Positions 6,357 through 14,780 of a stretch of 26,076 bases of DNA are shown here, one piece after another. The translations under genes were made by a program, and so were the position numbers. The stretch's first letter is position 1. The number at the start of each line of letters is the position of its first letter. Source of the stretch: Acidimicrobiia bacterium (GTDB lineage Bacteria; Actinomycetota; Acidimicrobiia; Spongiisociales; ZC4RG35); NCBI GenBank assembly GCA_035281305.1, contig DATEEG010000351.1:1-26076 (forward strand), written 5' to 3'. The notes under the pieces are model-generated. The model was not told the DNA's origin, did not search any database, and saw nothing but the letters and a program-made list of their open reading frames with translations.

Positions 6357-9300
6357 TCAGAGGCGCTGACCGAGGGCGACGGTCGCGGCTGTCAAGGGGT
6401 CCATCTGGCGGCCCGTCACTCGTGCAGCGACAAGTTCGGGATCGGTGACCGCGTCGGCAGTCATCACCAGGAACTCGAAGTACCACTTTGCCGCCGGCCA
6501 GGGCCGGAGGCTCAAGCGGTCACGGGTCGCCTCGGCGGCTCCGAGCGCGATCATGGCCCGCGATGCGTCGGCCTCTTGCATCGAAAGTCCGGCGAGTGCT
6601 TCAAGTGTGTAAACGAGCCCTTCTCGATACGAAATCGTGCGGTGGATTTCGACGGCCAGGCCCAGGGAACTTCGCGCCTGATCAATTGCGCCGGCGGCCA
6701 GGTGGGTGAACCCAAGTTGAGTGTGGGCCATCGCCAGCATCGAACGATTCTCGAGACGTTGGGCGATTTCCAGGCAGTTCCGGTAGTGCCTCGCCGCCTC
6801 TTCTATGTCTCCCGATGAGGCCGCCAGAAGCCCGAGACTGGTGTGCGCCCAGGTCTCCCCCCACTCGGTGCCGATAGCCCTGAACCGCTCCAGCGAGTCG
6901 ATGTACATCTCCCGCAGGTCGGCGGCCGATGCGCCGAAGGCCGGGAGAGTCGCGGCCCGCAGGTACTTGGCCCAGGCCAGGCCTTCCAGGTCGTCGGTAC
7001 CGGAAAGGACTTCTATAGAGCGTTCGAACGCTGCCAACGCGTCAGCGTGGTCGCCCCGCTCAAAGAAAACTCCCCCGGTCAGCCAAGTCAGGCGTCCGAG
7101 GGACACCGCCGGCAGGTTCGGATCGGGTGGACCGGCTTTCCGCATCCACTCCCCCACTTCGGCGACGTGTCCCCGCACCCACACGTAGATCCACAGCGCA
7201 TGGGTGAGCCGGACCATGTTCACGATCTCACCGTTTTCGGCGAAGTGCAGGACCGCCAGGCGCAGGTTCTCCCATTCCAGATCGAGCCGCCGCATCGAGG
7301 CTCCGTGCCCGGCGCCGTTCAAGCCCGGCTCGAGCTCTTCGGCCAGATTCAGAAAATGAAGGGCATGGTGATCCTGGAGCGGCTCGAACTCACCGGCCTC
7401 ACGCAGGCGCTCCAGGCCGTATTCCCGAACCGTCGCCAGCATCCGAAAGCGGGGCTCGCCTTCCGAATCGGACTCGATCCGAAGAAGGCTCTTCTCTACC
7501 AATGACTCGAGCAGCGACATCGTGGACGAGACATCCAGTTGGCCCAGGTCGACCGCCGCCTCCAGGCTCCAGTTCTGGGCCAAAACCGAGAGACGACGGA
7601 AGATCTGCCTTTCGTCGACAGTCAGGAGTTCGTAACTCCAATCGATCGTCGCCCGCAGGGTCCGCTGCCGGGCCGGAAGGTCCTGCGGACCATGACCGAG
7701 GGCATCGAACGATTTGGCTAGCTGGGTCAGCAACGTGGCCGGGGTCAACATCCGGAGCCGTGCGGCCGCCAGTTCGATAGCCAGTGGAAGACCGTCGAGG
7801 CGGCGGACGATGCCGGCGACGTCACCGGCATTCGATACGTTGATGGAGAAGTCGGGACGAACCGACCTGGCTCGCTCGACGAACAAATTGACGGCTGCCG
7901 AGTTCAGGACCGCCTCGAGGCCGTAGGTGTCTACCGAGGGAACGGGCAGCGGAGGCACGAGGTACTCGTGCTCACCGATGACTCGCAATGCGACCCGGCT
8001 GGTCACGAGCATGTTGATTCCGGGGCACCGGGTCAGCAGCCTCGTGAGAGCCGGGGCTCCGGCGACCACCTGTTCGAAGTTGTCGAGGATCAAGAGTGCC
8101 CGCTTGGCGGCGAAATGGTCGGCGACGGCCTCGAAGGAGGAGCGGTTGATCGTGGTGCCTATGGCTTCTGCGATCGCGGTCATCACCTGGTCGGGGTCGC
8201 GGACTCCGGCGAGGCTGACGAAAAGCACCCCGTCGGGGTAGTCCGCCGCGACCTGGGCAGCCACCGCTACTGCCAGACGGGTTTTACCGATTCCACCGGA
8301 GCCGCTGAGGGTGACAAGGCGCACCTCGGGGCGGGAGAGCAGCGCACCGATCTGCGCGATCTCGGGACCGCGCCCGACGAGGGAGGTGAGCTGGGCCGGG
8401 AGGTGGACCTCGGAAGCCTGGCGGGCCCGCGGGACCGGAAATTCCTCAGCCAGGCCGGGAGCCAGTAATTGGTAAAGGTGCTCGGATCGCGAGAGTCCTT
8501 TGAGGGCGAATGCCCCGAGATCGCGCAGGTGCCACTCCTGGCCTGCGATGACGTCAGCGAGAAGGCTGGCGGCCGTCGATGACACGATGATCTGGCCGCC
8601 GTGACCGGAGGCTCCGATGCGGGCGGCGCGGTGGACGTCGAGACCCACATACCCCTCGGGGGTGACGGTGGCTCGACCGGTATGCAGACCGATCCGGGCC
8701 CGGATGCCGGGGCCGGGATCATGGGGTCGATCGAGGTCGCCCCCGCTCAGTGGCTCCAGGGCCATGGTTCGTTGGATCTCAACTGCAGCCCGGGCGGCGT
8801 CGGCCGGTTCGGTGAACACCGAGAAAGTCCCATCACCTTCGGTGTCGACTACCTGGCCGCTGTGCGCGTTCACGGTGGCGCGGATCATCGATCGGTAGGC
8901 GCCCAGGACCGCGGGATACGTCTCGCCCAGCTCTTGGACCAGTCGGGTCGAGTCCTCGATATCGGAGAAGAGGAAAGTCAAGGTTCCGCCCGGCAGCTCG
9001 ACCCGTCGGGGGGACGCATCGAAGTGGTCGGTCATCAACCGGGCCAGGTCGTCGAGGAGCAGCTCGGCCAGCTCTCCAGCCGATTCGAACTGCTTGTAGA
9101 CGACTCCCCGGTCTGCTCGAATCTGATCGAGCAAGATTTCGAGGGCCGGATCCCGCTCGCCGGCCGGTTCCTTGACGTAAATCAAGCGGGGCCGATCTCC
9201 GGCGAGTCTGAACTCATCCTCGATCGCCGAGATCTCCATGTCGGGAGCCGTCAGTCCGTAGCTTTGCCAGTAGATGCCGACGAAGATGTCGCTCTGGGCG

Positions 9301-9569
9301 AGATACGACCGGTAGAGGTCGCGGGGCGGATGGGGACGTGCACCGAGCTCGAACATCACCGGGGCGAGGCGCAGAGTGCGAATGGCCGTCTTGGCTGCCT
9401 CACGCTCGGAGGCAAGCTCACCGATCGTGGAACTGATGAACACGCGCAAGCGCCGCCCGGGGACGAAGTTCTGGACCCCGGCCCCGTTCGGTTCCTCACC
9501 GGCAACGGCGATTCCGGGACCGAGCGGGTCCGGAGATCCTTGCTGGGGGCTGTCTGAGAGTGAGGCCAT
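6357..9569 (-). CDS. DUF4062 - class III adenylate/guanylate cyclase - STAND (NB-ARC-like) ATPase - TPR protein (about 1070 aa)
   Basis: VFISST..FVGIYWQSYG (DUF4062); FLFSDIEDST, EGDG, RIGLHTG, VHRAARI (cyclase); GSGGIGKT, LLILDNFE, GLPLAIELAAAR (STAND); C-terminal helical TPR-like repeats. Confidence 0.9.
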   Translation of the reverse strand: MASLSDSPQQGSPDPLGPGIAVAGEEPNGAGVQNFVPGRRLRVFISSTIGELASEREAAKTAIRTLRLAPVMFELGARPHPPRDLYRSYLAQSDIFVGIYWQSYGLTAPDMEISAIEDEFRLAGDRPRLIYVKEPAGERDPALEILLDQIRADRGVVYKQFESAGELAELLLDDLARLMTDHFDASPRRVELPGGTLTFLFSDIEDSTRLVQELGETYPAVLGAYRSMIRATVNAHSGQVVDTEGDGTFSVFTEPADAARAAVEIQRTMALEPLSGGDLDRPHDPGPGIRARIGLHTGRATVTPEGYVGLDVHRAARIGASGHGGQIIVSSTAASLLADVIAGQEWHLRDLGAFALKGLSRSEHLYQLLAPGLAEEFPVPRARQASEVHLPAQLTSLVGRGPEIAQIGALLSRPEVRLVTLSGSGGIGKTRLAVAVAAQVAADYPDGVLFVSLAGVRDPDQVMTAIAEAIGTTINRSSFEAVADHFAAKRALLILDNFEQVVAGAPALTRLLTRCPGINMLVTSRVALRVIGEHEYLVPPLPVPSVDTYGLEAVLNSAAVNLFVERARSVRPDFSINVSNAGDVAGIVRRLDGLPLAIELAAARLRMLTPATLLTQLAKSFDALGHGPQDLPARQRTLRATIDWSYELLTVDERQIFRRLSVLAQNWSLEAAVDLGQLDVSSTMSLLESLVEKSLLRIESDSEGEPRFRMLATVREYGLERLREAGEFEPLQDHHALHFLNLAEELEPGLNGAGHGASMRRLDLEWENLRLAVLHFAENGEIVNMVRLTHALWIYVWVRGHVAEVGEWMRKAGPPDPNLPAVSLGRLTWLTGGVFFERGDHADALAAFERSIEVLSGTDDLEGLAWAKYLRAATLPAFGASAADLREMYIDSLERFRAIGTEWGETWAHTSLGLLAASSGDIEEAARHYRNCLEIAQRLENRSMLAMAHTQLGFTHLAAGAIDQARSSLGLAVEIHRTISYREGLVYTLEALAGLSMQEADASRAMIALGAAEATRDRLSLRPWPAAKWYFEFLVMTADAVTDPELVAARVTGRQMDPLTAATVALGQRL

Positions 9570-9697
9570 GATCGAATCCAAGACTATCCGACGCCTCTCC
9601 CCAAGCCCCCACGAATTGGATCTCGGGGTGCCTCTGCTAACCCACCCGACCGAGTCTTCGGTGGCGTGGCGGCCGTGTTATCGCAGGGTGAGCGTCC

Positions 9698-10117
9698 TCA
9701 CGATGCGTCGGCGGCCGCAGCTTCCGGGTCGATCCGGAGGGTGCCGTCGGAGTAATAGCCGACGACCGAGACTTCCCCGTCGCTGGTTCTGACTTCGCCG
9801 TCACCCACCAGTAGACCCGCATATTCCGGGAACAGGTCGAGATCGGTTATCGAAATCTGGGCGCCGAGGCACTGCACGGGGAAGGACTCCCCGATCGCCT
9901 CACATAACTTGACCCCGTTGGCATCGGCAAAAAGGGTGCCCCGGACGAAAGCGGGCGTCTCCCCCTCGAATGTCAGGACCTCTTCGATCGAAACGGACGC
10001 CAGGCGGCCCCCTCCATCGCCAGTTCCGTCGGTGCCGTCGTCTGAGTCGGCAGCGTTGCATGCGGTCAACGCAAGGGCCAGCAACGCCCCGGCTGCCACC
10101 ATTCTTCTTACATTCAC
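9698..10117 (-). CDS. Putative lipoprotein of unknown function (139 aa)
   Basis: GGAGGA RBS 6 nt before GTG 10117; signal MNVRRMVAAGALLALALTAC with lipobox; LCEAIGESFPVQC Cys pair. Confidence 0.8.
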   Translation of the reverse strand: MNVRRMVAAGALLALALTACNAADSDDGTDGTGDGGGRLASVSIEEVLTFEGETPAFVRGTLFADANGVKLCEAIGESFPVQCLGAQISITDLDLFPEYAGLLVGDGEVRTSDGEVSVVGYYSDGTLRIDPEAAAADAS

Positions 10118-10167
10118 TTTGGGTCCTCCGCTGGTTTTCAACTCGTTGTTTAATCGGGCATCAGTCC

Positions 10168-10193
10168 GACGTGACGGCGGAGTGAACGGTTCC
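10168..10193 (-). promoter_or_regulatory. Possible ECF-sigma promoter GGAAC-N17-CGTC
   Basis: Motif in the 130-bp gap upstream of the lipoprotein gene, on the same strand. Confidence 0.35.
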
Positions 10194-10247
10194 GTTTGTT
10201 TCATTGGTCATGGCAGCCTTCGACGGTGTGGCCCGGGACGGTTGCTC

Positions 10248-11342
10248 TTACCGCGGCAGCAACAAGGCCAGTTCATCGGCCAGGGCGCGTGTGGTAGCGC
10301 GGGGTCGGAGGCGGTCCCGCAAGTATCGCCCCAGCCCGGCGTCGAGTTGGCGGCCGACGCTGGACTGGTCTCCGGTCGGTGATCCGATCAGCGCGTCGAG
10401 ATCGACGTCCGAATCGATCCCGGCAGCTTCCGACGACAATTCGAACACGAAGGCCCTCAATTCACGGGCCGCCTCGGCTCTCCGGCCCGCCGCCCACAGC
10501 GTGGCCGCCGCTTGACGCGCCTGGTCCCACCGCAGCCCGAAGCCGATAGGGCGAATGTGTGGAGCGAGCAGTTCGAGCCCCCTCCTCAGCTCGGACGCCA
10601 GGCGGGTGTCGTTATCGGTCTTGAGATTCAATTCCCCGATGAGCGCTTCCCAAATCACCTCGACGCCGATCGGGGGTCCGAGCGGGGGGTCGGCCGCCGC
10701 GACCCAGATCACCGGACTCTCGACGCCGTCGGATCGGAGGGCCGCGGCTAAATCGCCGACCAGGATTGCGATGTCATCGTCTGCAACCCGGTCGATCTGA
10801 TTGAACACAAAACGGAATCGCTCGTGATGTTGCATCAGCGGCACCAGGTGCTCGGAATGAAGGACTCGATCTCGATACTTCTCGGGATCGACCACCCAGA
10901 CCATCAGATCCATGATGGGGAGCAAGCCGGCCACCGTCTGGCGATGGCGGCCGTCGACCGAATCGACATCCGGCAGATCGATGATTGCGACCGGTTGATC
11001 GAGATCGTGGGCGACGACGTCGACGATCCCGAACCGATCGAAGAGCCCTTCGAGGCGGGATAGGTGACCGGTTGGCACCCATGCCAGGGCCTCTGAGGTC
11101 GTCGGCCTCATCGCGCCCGCGGGAGAGATCTCTCCGCCGGCCAGTGCGTTGAGCAGGCTCGACTTGCCCGACCCGGTCCCTCCCGCCAGACCGACCAGAA
11201 GGACGTTCCCGGCGTACGCCCGACGCTGCCGCTGGTCGGCCGCGATGGCGGCGATCCCGGTCATCGCCTCGTCGGGCAGGTGCTCGGCGGCAGCCGCCAC
11301 CACCCGGTCGTATTGATCGAGCCAGCGGGTTGCGTCAGACAC
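10248..11342 (-). CDS. Dynamin-like/TRAFAC P-loop GTPase 2 (364 aa)
   Basis: GGTGSGKSS, RPTT, DLPD, NQID. True start GTG 11342 overlaps the upstream stop by 8 bp; the ORF-track start of 11603 is an extension. Confidence 0.85.
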   Translation of the reverse strand: MSDATRWLDQYDRVVAAAAEHLPDEAMTGIAAIAADQRQRRAYAGNVLLVGLAGGTGSGKSSLLNALAGGEISPAGAMRPTTSEALAWVPTGHLSRLEGLFDRFGIVDVVAHDLDQPVAIIDLPDVDSVDGRHRQTVAGLLPIMDLMVWVVDPEKYRDRVLHSEHLVPLMQHHERFRFVFNQIDRVADDDIAILVGDLAAALRSDGVESPVIWVAAADPPLGPPIGVEVIWEALIGELNLKTDNDTRLASELRRGLELLAPHIRPIGFGLRWDQARQAAATLWAAGRRAEAARELRAFVFELSSEAAGIDSDVDLDALIGSPTGDQSSVGRQLDAGLGRYLRDRLRPRATTRALADELALLLPR

Positions 11343-12612
11343 TTCGCCAGTCGAGGTCGTCGATGAGAGCGGCCCCGTTCCGAAGTCTCTCCAACAGGTC
11401 CTCCGGAACGGACTCCAAACGCTCCAGGAACCTCCGGCGATCTTCCTCGATCGCCGCCTCGATCCAAACTGTTTTTGGCCAGTCACTTTTTGGCCGATCC
11501 GTTTTTGGCCGATCCGTTTTGGCCAGGGTTCGGTTCCGCCTGGGTGCGGGGTGCTCCGGGAGCGCGGCGAGAGCGGCCCGGCCCACGGTCGGAGGGGCGT
11601 CAAACCCCTCGCTCTCCATCGCCTTCACGGCGGCGGCAGCGGCGGTCTCCAACACGTTGATGGTTCTTCCCACAACCACCTCGAGGTCACGCCGTCGCTT
11701 GGGAAGCTTCTTTGTGTTGCCGCCGGCCCCGGCCAGGGGCGCCAGCGCCGCGGCGGCTGTTCCATAGGCAGCCATCACCCCTTTCGCGGCCCGAGCCGCC
11801 CTCGACGACTCCTCCTCGAGATGCCCGATGAGCACAGTCAGATCCCTGGCAAGCTGATCAGTCGCCGCCCCCGCCGCCGCGGTTCGATGGAACGTCGTTT
11901 TTCCCGCCCATTCTCTCAGCACGAGGGACAACCGTTGCACTGATTGCGGCTTGAGCAGTCCACTCACCGGATCGACCCTTTGTTCGCTGATCGTCAAGAC
12001 CGGGATCGATCCCAGGCCGTGGGACCGCAGGCGGGCGGTCAGGTCGTTGCGGGCGCCGCTGGCCCTGGTCGGAAGGCGGTTGATCACCACCACCACCGGT
12101 TTGTCGACGATGGAGGCCAGCACCTCCCAGGGCGAGGCATCGCCGTAGCGCGACGCTGTGGTGACGAATACCGCTGCGTCCGAAATTGCGAGCGCCTCCA
12201 TCGCCCGAACCCGGTGCTCGACCACATCGGAGTCGAGATCGGGCGTATCGATCAGGGCGACCGACTCGGCCAACGGATGTGCGCCCACGACCACCTGGCC
12301 GGGCCACGGACGCCCGGCGTGGGAAGCGCCGGTCCACACGACCGGTTGCCTCGTCGTAGGGCGCAGGATTCCCGATTTACCCACGGTGGAACCGGCCAGC
12401 GAGTTGACCAGGGTGGATTTGCCGGCCCCTGTCGAACCGACGAAGGCGACCACTAGCGGTGGAGGCGGATCGGTCAGACGCGGCATGAGGAATTGCCGAA
12501 TCTTCAGGATGAGTGGTGCCACCGACAATGCGCCGGCGTGACCTTCGACCTGCTCGAGAGCGTCAGCCAGTTCGCCCAGCTGTTTGCCTAGTCGTACGCG
12601 TCGCCGGGTCAC
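11335..12612 (-). CDS. Dynamin-like/TRAFAC P-loop GTPase 1 (425 aa)
   Basis: GSTGAGKST, RPTT, DTPD, VTTASRYGD, INRLP; helical C-terminal region. Confidence 0.87.
   Translation of the reverse strand: MTRRRVRLGKQLGELADALEQVEGHAGALSVAPLILKIRQFLMPRLTDPPPPLVVAFVGSTGAGKSTLVNSLAGSTVGKSGILRPTTRQPVVWTGASHAGRPWPGQVVVGAHPLAESVALIDTPDLDSDVVEHRVRAMEALAISDAAVFVTTASRYGDASPWEVLASIVDKPVVVVINRLPTRASGARNDLTARLRSHGLGSIPVLTISEQRVDPVSGLLKPQSVQRLSLVLREWAGKTTFHRTAAAGAATDQLARDLTVLIGHLEEESSRAARAAKGVMAAYGTAAAALAPLAGAGGNTKKLPKRRRDLEVVVGRTINVLETAAAAAVKAMESEGFDAPPTVGRAALAALPEHPAPRRNRTLAKTDRPKTDRPKSDWPKTVWIEAAIEEDRRRFLERLESVPEDLLERLRNGAALIDDLDWRSV
11464..11523 (-). repeat. Intragenic 4 x 15-bp tandem repeat encoding (A/P)K(T/S)(D/V)(R/W)
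   Basis: Coding-strand units GCCAAAACGGATCGG, CCAAAAACGGATCGG, CCAAAAAGTGACTGG, CCAAAAACAGTTTGG. Confidence 0.9.
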
Positions 12613-12800
12613 AGAGCCTGACGGTAATCAGCACCTGCGGTTGGCCCGGGTGGCCGGCGCACCTGTCCCGGATCGGACGAACCTGGCGCAGGGTCTTCCC
12701 GGGTCGGCCCGCGGGAGCCGGACGGCCAACCACGAGGGGAGGTCCGCCCCCGCAACCGCCGCCCAGGAAACTGTCACACCGGGACCGTAGCTTCGTGCTC

Positions 12801-13973
12801 ATGGCTATCGACCTGAACAACGGGACCGTCCGCATCGACCAATTCGAGACCGCCGACCCGGCCGTGGTGGGCCTGTTGACCGGCGTCGAGCATGGCGCCG
12901 AACGGGAACGTATGGTCTCCAACGCTCTTTCGACCGGTGCCCGGGGCCTGATGTCGATGGGACTTGGCATCAGGGTGGAGGATCTCGAAGCGCGTCTCCG
13001 GTCGGCCGCCGAGGCCGCCGCGGCCGAGACGCTCGGCCAACTCGAGGCAGCGGTGATTCGGGCCGCCAGAGGTCTCGAAGCGGGCATCGACCTCGGGCGT
13101 TCCGGCAGCCACAGCAGCGTCTTCCTCGGTGAATTGCAGGCTTTGCTCGGTCCCCAAGGGCGTCTGCTGGCCGGCCTCAGGGCCGCGTTGGATCCGCTCG
13201 GTGACTCACCCCTGGCCCAGGCCTTCTCCGGCGTAAGGTCCGAATTGGCCCACCTTCGCGACGACATCGTCCGCAACCAGGGTCGGGTCGAGGAGTCAGC
13301 CAGAGGAACCGCCAAAGGGGTTGACTTCGAAGTTCGTCTGGAGGGGACCCTTCGCCAGATCGCCCGTAGCATCGGCGCAGTCGTCGAACACACGGCCAGA
13401 TCCGCCGGCAATCTCTCCTCCCTCTCCGTAGTTGGCGACTATCTGGTGCTGCTCCCGGACGGCCGCAAGGTGGCCGTCGAGGTCAAGAACCAACAAAGCA
13501 TCAACCTGACCGGGAAGAACGGCATCCTGGCCGAGTTGGACCGGGCCATGACCAACCGATCCGCCCAGGCCGGGCTGTGCATCTCCGCCCTCGACGCGTA
13601 TCCGGCCGAGGTAGGGGCGTTCAACGTCTACGGGAGCCGGGTACTGGTTGTGGACGACGGCGAAGGGACGATGATCACCGCAGCACTTCGCTGGCTCATG
13701 TTGACCGGTGAGTCGCTCAACGAAGGCGACGACTCGATCGATGTCGGTGCGATCAGCGAAGGCCTCGAGCGACTCCGGGGAACCTGTCAGCGTTTCGCCA
13801 CCACCCGTTCGGCCCTGACCGAGGTCACCAAGTCGGTCACGAGAGTCTCGGAGGGCCTCGGGGAGATGCGCGATGAAGTCTTGACGATCGTCGACGAGCT
13901 CATCCGGAGCATCCGCCGGGCCGACGCAGCTGAGAGAGCCAGGCTCGTCGATCAGGTGCGAAGGGCGGGGTGA
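12801..13973 (+). CDS. Coiled-coil protein with a central PD-(D/E)xK nuclease-like domain (RmuC/DUF2130-like, 390 aa)
   Basis: KGVDFE..VGDYLV..VAVEVKN motif flanked by long predicted helical/coiled-coil segments. ATG 12801 lies 7 nt after TAGCTT. Confidence 0.7.
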   Translation: MAIDLNNGTVRIDQFETADPAVVGLLTGVEHGAERERMVSNALSTGARGLMSMGLGIRVEDLEARLRSAAEAAAAETLGQLEAAVIRAARGLEAGIDLGRSGSHSSVFLGELQALLGPQGRLLAGLRAALDPLGDSPLAQAFSGVRSELAHLRDDIVRNQGRVEESARGTAKGVDFEVRLEGTLRQIARSIGAVVEHTARSAGNLSSLSVVGDYLVLLPDGRKVAVEVKNQQSINLTGKNGILAELDRAMTNRSAQAGLCISALDAYPAEVGAFNVYGSRVLVVDDGEGTMITAALRWLMLTGESLNEGDDSIDVGAISEGLERLRGTCQRFATTRSALTEVTKSVTRVSEGLGEMRDEVLTIVDELIRSIRRADAAERARLVDQVRRAG

Positions 13974-14003
13974 TTCGCCCGCACTGGGCCCATCCGTGAC
14001 CGA

Positions 14004-14774
14004 CTACTTGTTGATGGCGTCGGCTGATTGCCCCTCGGGGCAAGCCTCCAGCAGCGGACAGTATCGGCACCAGGGTCCACCGCGGCGTTCGGTGGTGGCA
14101 CCAACGGAGATCCAGGTGGTCCTGACCTCGGTGACGAGATCGGCGACGTGGCGGGCGACAGCGGTCAGTTCCGCTATGGACGGGGTTCGCCGCATCCGCT
14201 CACCCGTCTGCAGAGAGACGGCCTCGACCGCGTCGGCCATCTCCCCGCGTTCCATGACCCAGACCAGGGCATAAAACAGAAGCTGTTCCATCGGCTCGCC
14301 CAGGCTCCCGGTCTTCCAGTCGCGGAGGATCGGGCCGGGCCGCTCTTCCCGAAACACTGCGTCGATCTTCCCAACCAGCTTCACCCCTTCCGAAGGCTCC
14401 GCCTCGAGGGAGATCTCGGCCGCCTCAAAGCCATCCGCGGGAAAGTGGCGGAAGCGGTCATATAGGGCCGATGCCTGCTTGATCATCTCGGTCAGCTCGG
14501 AGGGTCGATGAACGCCGATCGCTGCCATCTTTCCATTGAGAGCGGCACCGATCTCCTCCCGGACGGCCTGGCCCACATCGTCGATCGGTCCCGTATTGAG
14601 GTGGCGGGCGAACAGCCGGTGAGCCAGGGCCCCGGTGAAACTTGCCTTCGATTCGGAGGAGTACACACCCTGCAACCGCGCTTCGGCCTGGGCCGGGCAC
14701 TGCCGGAATGCGAGGTAGGTCGTGGCCGACACCTTGATCGAGTCGCCGGCCGGGACCGCGGGAAATGGGATCAC
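14004..14774 (-). CDS. RecB/Cas4-like PD-(D/E)xK nuclease with a 4-Cys Fe-S staple (256 aa)
   Basis: SATTY..QCP, GALAH, GKIDAV, DWKTG, QLLFY, WCRYCPLLEAC. GTG 14774 lies 6 nt after the -10 TACCAT. Confidence 0.88.
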   Translation of the reverse strand: MIPFPAVPAGDSIKVSATTYLAFRQCPAQAEARLQGVYSSESKASFTGALAHRLFARHLNTGPIDDVGQAVREEIGAALNGKMAAIGVHRPSELTEMIKQASALYDRFRHFPADGFEAAEISLEAEPSEGVKLVGKIDAVFREERPGPILRDWKTGSLGEPMEQLLFYALVWVMERGEMADAVEAVSLQTGERMRRTPSIAELTAVARHVADLVTEVRTTWISVGATTERRGGPWCRYCPLLEACPEGQSADAINK

Positions 14775-14780
14775 CGGGCG

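Noticed and set aside
9590-9697. Possible riboswitch (GCTAACCC, ACCGA-GTCT-TCGGT hairpin)
   Set aside because: Only fragments resemble the c-di-AMP motif, and they are on the strand opposite the downstream gene; core elements are missing.
11464-11523. Repeat array as a CRISPR
   Set aside because: Units are contiguous 15-mers with no spacers, lie inside a CDS, and have no cas operon.
12639-12731. GGTTGGCC/GGCCAACC inverted repeat and inner hairpins in the 188-bp intergenic region as an ncRNA
   Set aside because: Short GC-rich stems arise by chance. No SRP, 6C, tmRNA or riboswitch consensus recognised. An Infernal/Rfam search would settle it.
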